Positions 45,029-55,469 of a stretch of DNA of 64,000 nt are shown here, piece by piece (position 1 is the stretch's first letter; each line of letters begins with the position of its first letter). The stretch is from the NCBI GenBank assembly GCA_017468385.1, contig JAFUIQ010000015.1:15726-79725 (forward strand). The letters are read 5' to 3'. Under the pieces are notes generated by a model, which was not told the DNA's origin, made no database searches, and was given only the letters and a program-made list of their open reading frames with translations. The DNA is from Clostridia bacterium (GTDB lineage Bacteria > Bacillota > Clostridia > Oscillospirales > CAG-272). The position numbers and the translations under genes are program-made.

Positions 45029-46453
45029 TCAGTGGATTCGTTTCAGCATATCCAGCACAAGACCGCATACGCGCTTCGCGGAGGACAGGGACATCTTTTC
45101 TTTGGGAGTATGAATATCGTACATATCGGGGCCGATGGAGATCATATCCATCTCCGGAATCTTCTGGCTGAGCAACCCGCACTCCAGTCCGGCGTGGATG
45201 CCGATGATCTTCCCTTCCTCGCCGAAGCAGGCACGGCTGGATTCCTTGTAAACGGATTGAATTTTAGAATCTGCTCGGAAATTCCATCCGGGATACCGGC
45301 TTCTGTGACTCACGCTAAATCCACACACAGCGGCACATGATTCCAGAACGCCGCAAATGTCATCCAATCGGCTTTCCACGGAGGAGCGTGAAGAGGCCGT
45401 CACGGATGCTTTTCCGGGAACTACATGGACTACAGCGGGATTGGATGAGGTTTCCACAAGCCCCGGCAAATTCGCGCTCATGGTGACAGGGCCGTACGGC
45501 AGAATACGGATCAAACGAATCAAGCGCAAACTATCCGCCCGCGTCAATGCACAGCCATCATAATCCTCGAGTGTAATGTCTACGCGGAAATCCCGGTCAT
45601 CGGCGCACAGCTCACCGCGAATGGTTTGTGACAAGTTCCGTATGGTTTCAACAACCGCGGACGGCTCGTCGGCGGCAATACGCATCTCACACTCACGAGG
45701 GATAGCGTTGTCCTTGTTTCCGCCGTCCATGGAGATCAGGCGCGTATCCGGATGGGAAAGTGCGGCTTCGCTCAGCCGTGCGGTAATCTTCAGTGCGTTG
45801 GCGCGGCAGCGATCGATATCCTCGCCGGAATGACCGCCGCACAGACCGGTAACAAACACGCGTATAGCTTTTACCGTGAAGGTATCGCACGGATATTCAC
45901 TGACAAAATCGGTGCGGACACCGCCGGCACAAGCTGCCGTGGCACTTTTCTCATCGCAGGAGTCCAGATTGATCATCATGCGAGCCGTCAGCCATGCGGG
46001 ATCCACGGCACGCATGCCGTCCAGTCCCACTTCCTCTGCGGATGTAAACAGACATTCCAGGGTAGGATGCTCCGCAGACGGGTCATCCAGGATAGCCAGC
46101 ATGGTGGCCACAGCAAAACCGTTGTCAGCACCGAGCGTGGTTCCGTTGGCATAAATATAGTCACCCTCACGCAATATCTCAATGCCATCTGCGGAGAAAT
46201 CGTGATTGCAATCCGCATTCTTCTCGCAAACCATATCTGTATGGCCCTGCAGTGCCACTGCCGGTGCATTCATGCAGTTTGCGGATGCTTTCTTACGGAT
46301 CAGCACATTGTGACTGCCGTCACGCATGGCTTCCAGGCCGTGATTTTTAGCAAATTGCATCAAATAATCCGCAATCTTATCTTCATGATAGGATGCACGC
46401 GGAATCGCGCTGATTTCATAAAAGTAGTGCAGTACCCGATCAAAGAATTCCAT
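45029..46453 (-). CDS. pepD: aminoacyl-histidine dipeptidase (M20C, PepD)
   Basis: 474 aa with motifs GHTDMV, GADNG and FTSAEEVGLDG. Confidence 0.88.
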   Translation of the reverse strand: MEFFDRVLHYFYEISAIPRASYHEDKIADYLMQFAKNHGLEAMRDGSHNVLIRKKASANCMNAPAVALQGHTDMVCEKNADCNHDFSADGIEILREGDYIYANGTTLGADNGFAVATMLAILDDPSAEHPTLECLFTSAEEVGLDGMRAVDPAWLTARMMINLDSCDEKSATAACAGGVRTDFVSEYPCDTFTVKAIRVFVTGLCGGHSGEDIDRCRANALKITARLSEAALSHPDTRLISMDGGNKDNAIPRECEMRIAADEPSAVVETIRNLSQTIRGELCADDRDFRVDITLEDYDGCALTRADSLRLIRLIRILPYGPVTMSANLPGLVETSSNPAVVHVVPGKASVTASSRSSVESRLDDICGVLESCAAVCGFSVSHRSRYPGWNFRADSKIQSVYKESSRACFGEEGKIIGIHAGLECGLLSQKIPEMDMISIGPDMYDIHTPKEKMSLSSAKRVCGLVLDMLKRIH

Positions 46454-46633
46454 AATTCACCTCATAGTAGTTCTTCTATTATAATATCACGAAATGGTAT
46501 TTTTAGCAAGTACAGCACAGGATTTACAGAAAATAAATAAAAATACAGGAAACGGTTTTCTTTTCAGAGAAAATGTGCTATAATATTTGTTGTATGCGAT
46601 AATTCCGTAAAGAAAGCAGGATTTTCAACAGTT

Positions 46634-47401
46634 ATGAATGTTGTCATACAAAAAATTTCCGATGTTCTGCGTGCATTTTCCCCGGCGGAAAATCGGCGGC
46701 ATTTCACGTCCGCTGTCATCCTCGCCGCAGGAAGCGGGGAGCGATTCGGGCAAAAATACGGGCCGAAACAGTTCTGCCCCATCTGCTCCGTTCCTGCATT
46801 GGTGCATACGCTGCGGGCGTTTGAGTCCAGCAGTTATATTCATGAGATTCTGATCGTTACCCGTGAGGCGGACATAGTTCGCTGTCAGGAATATGTGGAT
46901 ACCTACGGGTTGAAAAAAGTAACGAAAATCCTCCCGGGCGGTGCCGATCGGCAAGCGTCCGCCAAATGCGGATTTGATGCCGTGTCGGAAACGTCCGAGT
47001 TTGTGGCCATCCATGACGGTGCCCGGTGTCTGATCACTACGGAAATCATCGACGCAACAGTACGCAGTGCGTATGAGCACGGTGCCGCTGTGGCCGCAGA
47101 GCGGTCGCGGGATACTGTAAAGATTGCCGATGGGAATGGTTTTGTCAAAGAATCCCCCGACCGAAGCACGGTTTGGCTGGCTAAGACACCGCAGGTGTTT
47201 ATGGCGGATATGTACCGCGCAGCCATCTATTCCGCTATCAAAGATCAGGTGACTGCCACGGACGACAGTATGCTGGTGGAGCGCCTGGGATTCAAAGTGA
47301 AAATGGTGGAGTGCGGCAACGAAAATTTGAAATTGACCACTCCGAATGATGTGCGTATCGCAGAGGCCATTCTGCGGGCAAGACAGGAGGAGCAAGCATG
47401 A
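46634..47401 (+). CDS. ispD: 2-C-methyl-D-erythritol 4-phosphate cytidylyltransferase
   Basis: 255 aa with VILAAGSGERFG. Overlaps ispF by 4 nt (ATGA). Confidence 0.9.
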   Translation: MNVVIQKISDVLRAFSPAENRRHFTSAVILAAGSGERFGQKYGPKQFCPICSVPALVHTLRAFESSSYIHEILIVTREADIVRCQEYVDTYGLKKVTKILPGGADRQASAKCGFDAVSETSEFVAIHDGARCLITTEIIDATVRSAYEHGAAVAAERSRDTVKIADGNGFVKESPDRSTVWLAKTPQVFMADMYRAAIYSAIKDQVTATDDSMLVERLGFKVKMVECGNENLKLTTPNDVRIAEAILRARQEEQA

Positions 47402-47901
47402 GAATAGGCCATGGATACGACGCCCACCGTTTTGGGGACAAGCGACCGTTTGTAATCGGCGGCGTGCAAATACCCTATGAGCGCGGAATCGATGCTCATT
47501 CCGACGGCGATACCCTGCTGCACGCGGTAATCGATGCCCTGTTCGGTGCGGCGGGAATGCCCGACATCGGCGCCCATTATCCGGATACATCCGCCGCGTT
47601 TGACAATGTGGATAGTATGTATTTACTCAAAGATGCTGTAAAAGAAGTTTCCGGTGCCGGATTTGCGTTGGAATATCTGGATTGCACCATTGTTGCCCAA
47701 GCGCCGAAAATGGCGCAGTGGCTGCCGCAAATGCGCCAGAATATTGCCGCCGCCTGCGGTGTGGAGGTTTCCCGCGTCAACGTAAAAGCAACCACCGAGG
47801 AGCGCATGGGATTCACCGGTGAGAAGTTGGGGTTGGCCGCTCATGCGGTTTGCCTGCTGCGCGAAGAATGCCCCGGTTCCCCGGAGCATTCCCATCTATA
47901 A
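47398..47901 (+). CDS. ispF: 2-C-methyl-D-erythritol 2,4-cyclodiphosphate synthase
   Basis: 167 aa with MRIGHGYDAHRF and HSDGD motifs. Confidence 0.93.
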   Translation: MRIGHGYDAHRFGDKRPFVIGGVQIPYERGIDAHSDGDTLLHAVIDALFGAAGMPDIGAHYPDTSAAFDNVDSMYLLKDAVKEVSGAGFALEYLDCTIVAQAPKMAQWLPQMRQNIAAACGVEVSRVNVKATTEERMGFTGEKLGLAAHAVCLLREECPGSPEHSHL

Positions 47902-48039
47902 AAATCGGCGAAGGCGGCGATTGCCTCTTCACTTCCTGTGTTTTTTTGTCCGGCACCGCCCGTCATCCTCTTGTTTTCATGAGGGCTTTCTTCCCCCTAT
48001 ACAGGATATGGGGGATTCAGGTTATTTGCTACGATGCGA

Positions 48040-48068
48040 TTGAACTCCATGCAATCGCTGTATATAAT
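48040..48068 (+). promoter_or_regulatory. sigma-A type promoter of rpe: TTGAAC-17-TATAAT
   Basis: TTGAAC 48040-45 and TATAAT 48063-68. The spacer contains the inverted repeat gcgattg..caatcgc. Confidence 0.55.
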
Positions 48069-48094
48069 TTAAACACAATATCAGGAGATGTATT

Positions 48095-48781
48095 ATGAAG
48101 ATTTTAACTTCCCCTTCCGTCCTTGCCTGCGATTTTCTGCATTTGGAAGATGAGATTCGCCGTGCCGATGCGGCCGGTTCCGATTGGCTTCACTGCGACG
48201 TAATGGACGGCATGTTCGTTCCCAACATGAGTTTCGGATTTGACACGATCCGCGCCATCAACACCGTGTCCGACCTTCCTCTGGATGTACACATGATGAC
48301 CTGCGTACCGCAGAATTATCTGGATGCTCTGAAAGCCGCCGGTGCGGATATCGTTACTATTCACAACGATATTGGTCTGAGCGAAGAAGAGCTTCACGAA
48401 GTGCTGAAGAACATCCACGCAAGAGGCATGAAAGCCGCCATGTCCCTGAAGCCGAAGTTCCCCGCTGAGACTGTGTTCCCTTTTATGGATGAGTTGGATA
48501 TGGTTCTGATCATGACGGTTGAACCCGGCTTCGGCGGTCAGAAATTCATGCCGGATATGCTGGATAAGATTGCAAACGTTCGTCGCAAAGCGAATGAGTT
48601 GGGCAAGGATATGGACATCCAGGTGGATGGCGGCATCAATGCGGCCAACGCCGCTCTAGCCGCAGCCTACGGCGCCAACGTATTCGTTGTGGGCACCGCC
48701 TCCTTCCGTGCACCGGACATGAAAGTAGCATTGGACGATGTGAAGAAAGCCGCTGAAGAAGCATACGGAAAGAATCTCTGA
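48095..48781 (+). CDS. rpe: ribulose-phosphate 3-epimerase
   Basis: 228 aa with HCDVMDGMFVPN and VEPGFGGQKF motifs. Confidence 0.93.
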   Translation: MKILTSPSVLACDFLHLEDEIRRADAAGSDWLHCDVMDGMFVPNMSFGFDTIRAINTVSDLPLDVHMMTCVPQNYLDALKAAGADIVTIHNDIGLSEEELHEVLKNIHARGMKAAMSLKPKFPAETVFPFMDELDMVLIMTVEPGFGGQKFMPDMLDKIANVRRKANELGKDMDIQVDGGINAANAALAAAYGANVFVVGTASFRAPDMKVALDDVKKAAEEAYGKNL

Positions 48782-48801
48782 TTTATCATACATTAAAGAA
48801 C

Positions 48802-48828
48802 AAAACCCGAGGGATAACCTCGGGTTTT
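48802..48828. terminator. bidirectional terminator between rpe and the EEP lipoprotein gene
   Basis: Hairpin aaaacccgagg-gataa-cctcgggtttt. Confidence 0.8.
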
Positions 48829-48862
48829 ATGTTTATCTATAATTGCTGCTTGTCATGCCGTA

Positions 48863-50539
48863 TTACATTTCATACCGCAGGAATATCGGGTAATGGTCTG
48901 AAGGATATTCCCCGTCGATCTTCTCGTCAATTACCTCGTATTCCGCGGGATATACCGAATCGGTGCAGAATACAAAATCAATGACCTTACCGTTTCCTGG
49001 GAAAGTAGCTTTCTTTTCAGCCACAGGTGCATCCAGAGCCGCATTGGTAAAACCTGCGCCGGTCACTGTTTTATAGGTTTCCTCGGATGCAACGCAGTTA
49101 AAATCACCGGTCATAAGAATCGGAAGGCCGGCGTGTTTTTCGGCAAAACTTACAAGCACACCTGCCTGGAATATGCGCGCCTCCAGACTTTCGTGATCCA
49201 GGTGAGTATTGATATGTACAAATTCCTGGCCATTGCTCTTGCACCGCAGTTTGGCAAACGTCATAATCCGTCTGTAAGCGGAGGTTTCGTAGGAGGATAC
49301 CTTTTCCGGTGTTTCGGACAGCCAATATGTATCACTTTCGAGCAGCTCAAAGCGATCCTTTTTGTAGAAGATACAGCTGTACTCGCCGTTATGGCCGCCA
49401 TCTCTTCCTTCTCCCACATAGCCGTAAATGTGACCCAAGCGAGCTTTCAAAATATCCATCCAGTAGGGGGATACTTCCTGCAGGCCCACCGTATCGGGAT
49501 CTGCATTCAGAATGGTGTTTACCACGCGGTTGATGCGTGCCTCATCAGGCTTGGTGGTCAGAATATTGAAACTCATGATGCTGAGCTGGTTTGATGCTCG
49601 CTCCCCTTCAATGGCGTTCGTGATTTGTACGTTTGCCGTTTTTCCACCGTCCGTCAGCATTGAGAGGAGAGCATCCACACCGCCGATGTATCCGCTGATA
49701 TCACCGGCCAGAATCGAAATATTCCCGTTTTCGTCCGTTGCAATGCGATATTGTCCATCCGTTAATGCATCTGTCGCAGAATCGGCATCCTCGTTGGCCG
49801 TATGGCCGATTCGAATCCACTTTGTGCCGGCATCGGGGAGAGACTTGTCCGATGTTACAGTCAGTGCATACCCGGTTTTATCGGAGATGAGAGATGCCAG
49901 GCGAGATGCGTGTTTGCTTTCGGACAACGTACCTTTGTTCGGATACACTATGCCGTACTGATGAATCGACGTTCCATGGATTGCCACACTGTCCATATCG
50001 TAATCGGCTTCATACAGATAATCCATGGTGTAAGAATAAAACGGGCTGTCCACATCGGAGGTGCATACGTTGACCACCCGCTCCGTGAAACTCTTCATGG
50101 CTTCCATCAGCATAGCATCGGATGCACCGAAAAATACGATTTTCTTCCCTACCAGCTTATATCCGTAATCTTTCACACGCATAGATCGGGCTGCGTCTGC
50201 GGATTCCTCGCGCTCGTCGCACACACCGAGCAATATTTCATATTCCGCCTCAGTATATTCGGGTGACGTTCCGTCCACATAGGAGGAGCGATAGGTGGGA
50301 CGGATGGAGGTTTTATCCTCGATGGCGTCACACAAGGTCTTACCTGCGCGGAACAACTCGTCCGAGCAGTACTCCGGATAAATCACCAGAATATTCTGCA
50401 AATCGGAAACTGTGAACCCGGTAAACTCCGGCACAGGCGTATCCGGCGTGCCGGTAGGAGCCTTTTGACACGACGCAAGTGCGCCGATTACCAAAATCAA
50501 AGCCAACACATAGGCCATGGAATGAAGTGTTCTTTTCAT
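48863..50539 (-). CDS. endonuclease/exonuclease/phosphatase (EEP) family lipoprotein with an N-terminal domain of unknown function
   Basis: 558 aa. Lipobox GALASC. The C-terminal ~250 aa form the EEP fold (SFNILT..GLQEV..NTHLDH..GDFN..SDHYP). Confidence 0.8.
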   Translation of the reverse strand: MKRTLHSMAYVLALILVIGALASCQKAPTGTPDTPVPEFTGFTVSDLQNILVIYPEYCSDELFRAGKTLCDAIEDKTSIRPTYRSSYVDGTSPEYTEAEYEILLGVCDEREESADAARSMRVKDYGYKLVGKKIVFFGASDAMLMEAMKSFTERVVNVCTSDVDSPFYSYTMDYLYEADYDMDSVAIHGTSIHQYGIVYPNKGTLSESKHASRLASLISDKTGYALTVTSDKSLPDAGTKWIRIGHTANEDADSATDALTDGQYRIATDENGNISILAGDISGYIGGVDALLSMLTDGGKTANVQITNAIEGERASNQLSIMSFNILTTKPDEARINRVVNTILNADPDTVGLQEVSPYWMDILKARLGHIYGYVGEGRDGGHNGEYSCIFYKKDRFELLESDTYWLSETPEKVSSYETSAYRRIMTFAKLRCKSNGQEFVHINTHLDHESLEARIFQAGVLVSFAEKHAGLPILMTGDFNCVASEETYKTVTGAGFTNAALDAPVAEKKATFPGNGKVIDFVFCTDSVYPAEYEVIDEKIDGEYPSDHYPIFLRYEM

Positions 50540-50662
50540 AAGTACCTCTCTGTCGTAGTGATCCCAAAATAATGATATACCAAATTATAGCACAAGTATA
50601 ACACTGTTTTTACATAATGACAACCCAAATTCATTATTCCGTTTTAAAATTGACTATGCGGC

Positions 50663-50692
50663 AAAAAGATCACCCGATGTTCGGGTGATCTT
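50663..50692 (-). terminator. intrinsic terminator after mreB
   Basis: 9-bp stem gatcacccg/cgggtgatc followed on the minus strand by TTTTTG. Confidence 0.8.
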
Positions 50693-50700
50693 AAATTACG

Positions 50701-51717
50701 TTAGCGCAGATGGCGGGGGAGATTCATGCCATCATCGGGAAAGGCGGAAATGAAATCCAAATACTTGCCGGTGCCGATAGCCACGCAGGAAACCGGATGA
50801 TCCGCCACGCGGGTCTTTACACCGGTTACATTGGCAATAAGACGGTCCAGACCGAACAAAAGGCTGCCGCCGCCGGTCATGACGATACCGTTGTGAAGAA
50901 TATCGCCGATTAATTCCGGCGGTGTTTTTTCAATGACGGAGCAAACAGATTCCACAATAGCCGTGATGGGCTCCTCCAGCGCATCGGGCATTTCCATGGA
51001 GTTCAATCGAATGACGCGGGGCAATCCCTGTACCAGGCATCGTCCCTTCACTTCGATCATGGTAGGTTCTTCCCTCTGCCAGGCGCATCCGATCTTTTTC
51101 TTGATTTCCTCGGCGGTGCGCTCGCCGATCAGCACATTGTGCTTGCGGCGGACATAACGGATGATTGCCTCATCAAACTTGTCACCGGCCACCTTAATGG
51201 ATTCAGATACAACAACGCCATTCAGGGAAATAACCGCGATATCCGTGGTACCGCCGCCGATGTCAACGATCATATGGCCGTTGGGCATGGAAATATCGAT
51301 TCCTGCTCCCAGTGCAGCTGCCACCGGTTCTTCAATTAAGTAGGTGCGTTTGGCTCCTGCCTGCACGGCAGCATCCCATACAGCTCGTGTTTCCACTTCC
51401 GTAATGCCGCTGGGCACGCATATAGCCACACGGGGCTTAAAGATCAGGGACGGTCCGCAGACCCGGCGAATGAAGTGCTGCAGCATCCGAAGTGTCACTT
51501 CGTACTGGCTGATAACACCATCCCGCAGCGGACGAATCGCCGTGATATTACCGGGCGTGCGCCCCAGCATTTCCTGTGCGGCGCGCCCAACTTTTAAAAT
51601 TCTGTCTGTATTTCGATCGATGGCCACGACAGAAGGCTCTTTCAAAACGATGCCTTTGCCCTTGACATATACAAGGACTGTTGCCGTACCAAGGTCTATT
51701 CCAATATCTTTTCCCAT
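50701..51717 (-). CDS. mreB: rod shape-determining protein MreB
   Basis: The track starts at TTG 51726. I prefer the ATG at 51717 (MGKDIGIDLGTA..). The DIGGGTTD actin-fold motifs are present. Confidence 0.93.
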   Translation of the reverse strand: MGKDIGIDLGTATVLVYVKGKGIVLKEPSVVAIDRNTDRILKVGRAAQEMLGRTPGNITAIRPLRDGVISQYEVTLRMLQHFIRRVCGPSLIFKPRVAICVPSGITEVETRAVWDAAVQAGAKRTYLIEEPVAAALGAGIDISMPNGHMIVDIGGGTTDIAVISLNGVVVSESIKVAGDKFDEAIIRYVRRKHNVLIGERTAEEIKKKIGCAWQREEPTMIEVKGRCLVQGLPRVIRLNSMEMPDALEEPITAIVESVCSVIEKTPPELIGDILHNGIVMTGGGSLLFGLDRLIANVTGVKTRVADHPVSCVAIGTGKYLDFISAFPDDGMNLPRHLR

Positions 51718-51994
51718 CCAAACCAACCGTTTCCGTCCGCTCCATTTTGCGCGGACAAATTCATGTCAAAAGATAACATATATCATTCCAAAATATATTA
51801 TAGCGGAAAAGCAAGAAATTTGCAATGGATTGCACGATTTTTTTGCTTGTTTTTCTGTTCGTTTCCATTTGGCGTAATTTTTTATAATTTTTTTAAAAAA
51901 TCATATAAATTTACAAAAATATTCAGGCATTCTTCAGGAAAACGTGGTACAATGGTTAGCATATACCACGAAACCATAGAGAGGATGTGTAATT

Positions 51995-53107
51995 TTGATC
52001 CAAGTTAATCATCTGACAAAAAAGTACGGTGCATTTCTTGCTGTGGATGATATCAGTTTTCATATTGAAAAGGGTCATGTGTACGGATTTCTCGGACCGA
52101 ACGGTGCCGGAAAATCCACTACCATGAATATCATCACCGGCTGTCTTGCCGCCACCGAAGGCGAAGTGATCATCAACGGCTTCGATATTTATGAAGATCC
52201 GGTGGAAGCCAAGGAGTGCATCGGGTATCTCCCGGAGATGCCGCCCTTGTACACGGATATGACTCCGCAGGAGTATCTTCTGTTTGTCGGCGAAGCCAAA
52301 GGCATAGACCCTGCCCGCCTGGCCGCACATATAGAGGATATTATGAACAAAACCCACCTGACAAACGTACGGGATCGGTTGATCAAGAATCTCTCCAAGG
52401 GATACAAGCAGCGTGTCGGGATTGCCCAGGCCATTCTGGGTGATCCGGAGATCATCATTCTGGACGAGCCGACGGTTGGTCTGGATCCGTTGCAGATCAT
52501 AGAAATCCGTGATCTGATCAAGGAATTGGGCAAGGATCACACGGTATTTCTGTCCAGCCATATTCTGTCGGAAATCAGCGCAGTATGCGACACAATACTC
52601 ATCATCTCCCACGGAAAGATCGTGGCCGCCGATACCATTGAGAATCTCACCGCATCCACAGACGGATGCCGGATCATTACATTGGACGTCCGCGGTGATG
52701 TGGCGGCCGTTACCGGTGCGCTGGCAGATCTGCATGAAACGGTCAACACCACCGTCACATACGGTCTGGGCGGATGCGTTCATGTGACCATCGAAACGCC
52801 GGCCAACAAGGATATGCGGGAGGATGTGTTCCGTCTGTTTGCGTCGCGGGACATCCCGATTCTGGATATGTCCACAAACGATGTGAGTCTGGAGGATGTG
52901 TTCCTTCGCTTAACCGAGGGCAGCGTTTCCTTGCCGGCCGAGGAGGACGCGGTGGTTGATATCACAGATTCCATGGATGCTCCGGCGGAAGAGACAGAGG
53001 AACCCCCCGCGGAAGAATCTCCTTACTACGAACCTCCGAAGAAGAAAAAATCCAAAAAGCAAGCCGATGAGGACGATTATACCCCCCTGTTCGGCGGAAA
53101 GGAATGA
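51995..53107 (+). CDS. ABC transporter ATP-binding protein (ABC-2/GldA-like) with an acidic-basic C-terminal tail
   Basis: 370 aa with a TTG start after GAGAGGA. Motifs GPNGAGKST, LSKGYKQR and IILDEPT. The last ~70 aa are low-complexity (PAEETEEPPAEESPYYEPPKKKKSKKQADEDD). Confidence 0.88.
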   Translation: MIQVNHLTKKYGAFLAVDDISFHIEKGHVYGFLGPNGAGKSTTMNIITGCLAATEGEVIINGFDIYEDPVEAKECIGYLPEMPPLYTDMTPQEYLLFVGEAKGIDPARLAAHIEDIMNKTHLTNVRDRLIKNLSKGYKQRVGIAQAILGDPEIIILDEPTVGLDPLQIIEIRDLIKELGKDHTVFLSSHILSEISAVCDTILIISHGKIVAADTIENLTASTDGCRIITLDVRGDVAAVTGALADLHETVNTTVTYGLGGCVHVTIETPANKDMREDVFRLFASRDIPILDMSTNDVSLEDVFLRLTEGSVSLPAEEDAVVDITDSMDAPAEETEEPPAEESPYYEPPKKKKSKKQADEDDYTPLFGGKE

Positions 53108-53118
53108 GGTGCGATCCC

Positions 53119-53982
53119 ATGTTTGCCATTTATAAACGCGAATTAAAATCCTACTACACCGGAATGATTGCGCCGATTTTCTCCGCTGTCCTTCTCGTCC
53201 TGGTGGGTGTGTTCACCACCGTCACCAATCTGATGGGAGGATATCCGAATTTTGAATATGCCCTTTCATCGACTTTGATCATTTATCTGATCATCATGCC
53301 CATTCTGTCCATGCGCTCCTTCTCAGAGGATCGGCACTCCCGCACGGATCAGCTTCTGTTCTCCCTTCCCATGAAGCTGTCCTCGGTAGTCATGGCCAAG
53401 TATTTCGCTATGGTCAGCGTACTCGGCATCAACTGCGGTATTCTGTGCCTGTATCCGCTGATTCTGTCCTTGTACGGCACGGTGAATTATCTCGTCACAT
53501 ACGGTGCTATTCTGGCGTTTTTCCTCCTTGGGTGCGCTCTGATTGCTATCGGCATGTTTTTGTCCTCGCTGACTGAAAGCCAAGTGATCGCAGCGGTACT
53601 TTCGCTGGCCGTATTCATTCTCATCTATATGATGGGCAGTTTGATTACTCTGATCCCCATGACGTCTGCAGCATCCCTGATCGGTTGTTATGCGATTGCC
53701 CTTCTGGCCGCCGTCGTTCTGTATTACATGACTAAAAATCCTGTTGCCGCCCTGTCTCTGGCTGTAGCGGTGGTTTTCATTCTCACCGCCGTGTATCTGG
53801 TTCGCTCGTCTCTGTTTGAGGGATTGATTCAGAATATTCTTTCCGCCACGGCGCTGTTTGATCGTTTCACCAACTTCACCAACGGCGTGCTGGATATCAC
53901 TTCCCTTGTGTATTATGCTTCTGTTTCCGCGCTGTTCGTTTTCTTTACCGTGCAGTCCATGGAAAAGAAACGCTGGGCGTAA
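53119..53982 (+). CDS. ABC-2 type transporter permease (GldF-like)
   Basis: Track 53104..53982. I prefer the ATG at 53119 (MFAIYKRELKSYY..), a typical ABC-2 permease N-terminus. Six TM segments. Confidence 0.8.
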   Translation: MFAIYKRELKSYYTGMIAPIFSAVLLVLVGVFTTVTNLMGGYPNFEYALSSTLIIYLIIMPILSMRSFSEDRHSRTDQLLFSLPMKLSSVVMAKYFAMVSVLGINCGILCLYPLILSLYGTVNYLVTYGAILAFFLLGCALIAIGMFLSSLTESQVIAAVLSLAVFILIYMMGSLITLIPMTSAASLIGCYAIALLAAVVLYYMTKNPVAALSLAVAVVFILTAVYLVRSSLFEGLIQNILSATALFDRFTNFTNGVLDITSLVYYASVSALFVFFTVQSMEKKRWA

Positions 53983-53998
53983 GTAAGGAGGTACACAC

Positions 53999-55459
53999 AT
54001 GAAAAACACAACAAAAACCAATATGCGTGCGCTCCGCGGCGGTTCCTACAGTTTCACTGTATGTGCCATTGCCCTGGTGCTGGTCATCATGCTCAATCTG
54101 TTTGTGGGATCTCTTCCCTCCTCCCTCACCAAGCCGGACGGCAGTACGGTGGGTATGCTGAACCTCTGTGAGGAAACCAAGCAAATCGTAACCTCCGTCA
54201 CAGAGCCGATCACTATCTATCTGGTGGCACAAAGCGGCATGGAGGACATTACCCTGCAGGAGCTTCTGGCAAGATATGCGGACATGAACCGGAACGTGAA
54301 AATCGTCACCGTTGACCCGGATATCCGTCCCGGATTCACATCCCAGTACACCCCTGACACGCTGTCCCAGAACAGCATCATCGTGGAAAGCGGACGCCGC
54401 CACACTGTGATCGATTTTACAGAAATTTACACCGTATCCTACGATAATTTGACCGAGGAAGATTATTACAATTACTATTACTACGGCATCCAGCCCCAGG
54501 GCACGCCCTACTTCAACGGCGAGCTGGAGTTGACATCCGCCGTGGATTATGTAACTCGCAACTACATTCCCACCGTGTATTTCATCAACAATCACGATGA
54601 GGATTCCCTGAGTGCCACCGTGGCCACGTATCTGGAGGCGGATAACATTATGACCTCCTCACTGACGCTGCTGGGTGGAGAGGGGATTCCCGATGATTGC
54701 TCGGCCATCATTCTGAATAATCCGAAAACGGACATCAGCGTATTCGAAGCCGAAACGCTCCGGAGCTATCTGAATCGGGGCGGTAATGTGATCCTGATTA
54801 CGGATTACCGGTACTATTCCAATGCAGATATGCCTAATCTGGCCACCGTGGCTGCCCACATGGGCATGCAATCCGCCGACGGTCTTCTGGTGGAGGGGGA
54901 TGCTAATCGATACAACACCTATCCCGCGTTCCTGCTGCCGAACCTGATTAATGCAGGTCCCGGAAGCACTCTTTCCTCCAATCTGACCGCGCTTATCCCC
55001 AACGCCCACGGTATTGTACTGACAGAGGAAGGAAATGCGGAAGCAAGCACTCTGCTGACCTCATCTACCGCATCCTACGTGAAAACAGCCGGTGCGGATG
55101 CGACGGTGTACGACAAAGAGCCCGGTGACATCGACGGGCCCTTCAGTGTAGCCGCTTCGTCAACTCTGATCACTGACAGCGGATATGGCAAGTTCGTTTG
55201 GTTTGCCTCCCCCGCTATTGTGTCGGATCAATGGGATTATTATGTAAGCGGATCCAATTCCGCTGTGTTTATGGCCAGTGTTAACTGGATGAGCGAGAAG
55301 GCAGTGTCCGTATCTGTCCTTGCTAAGCAAATGCAGGTTGAACCCCTTCTGATCAGCCAGGCAGCGGCCAGCACCTGGTCCCTCCTGCTGACTGTATTCA
55401 TTCCGGTTGTTATCCTCGGCGGCGGCTTCTATGTGTGGATGCGTCGCAGACGCAGATAA
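53999..55459 (+). CDS. GldG-like ABC-transporter auxiliary protein
   Basis: 486 aa. N- and C-terminal TM anchors flank a large external domain. Its position directly after the ABC-2 ATPase and permease genes supports the call. Family assignment is from memory of this architecture. Confidence 0.6.
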   Translation: MKNTTKTNMRALRGGSYSFTVCAIALVLVIMLNLFVGSLPSSLTKPDGSTVGMLNLCEETKQIVTSVTEPITIYLVAQSGMEDITLQELLARYADMNRNVKIVTVDPDIRPGFTSQYTPDTLSQNSIIVESGRRHTVIDFTEIYTVSYDNLTEEDYYNYYYYGIQPQGTPYFNGELELTSAVDYVTRNYIPTVYFINNHDEDSLSATVATYLEADNIMTSSLTLLGGEGIPDDCSAIILNNPKTDISVFEAETLRSYLNRGGNVILITDYRYYSNADMPNLATVAAHMGMQSADGLLVEGDANRYNTYPAFLLPNLINAGPGSTLSSNLTALIPNAHGIVLTEEGNAEASTLLTSSTASYVKTAGADATVYDKEPGDIDGPFSVAASSTLITDSGYGKFVWFASPAIVSDQWDYYVSGSNSAVFMASVNWMSEKAVSVSVLAKQMQVEPLLISQAAASTWSLLLTVFIPVVILGGGFYVWMRRRRR

Positions 55460-55469
55460 GAGGTTTATC

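Noticed and set aside
47819-48098. Two overlapping 74-aa and 82-aa ORFs in the ispF-rpe spacer
   Set aside because: They have no RBS, overlap the ispF 3' end and the rpe promoter, and give low-complexity products. I treat the spacer as regulatory or non-coding.
51763-52008. 81-aa ORF in the AT-rich mreB / ABC-ATPase intergenic region
   Set aside because: AT-rich promoter region with a Phe/Lys/Tyr-rich product and no SD. It runs into the ABC ATPase start.
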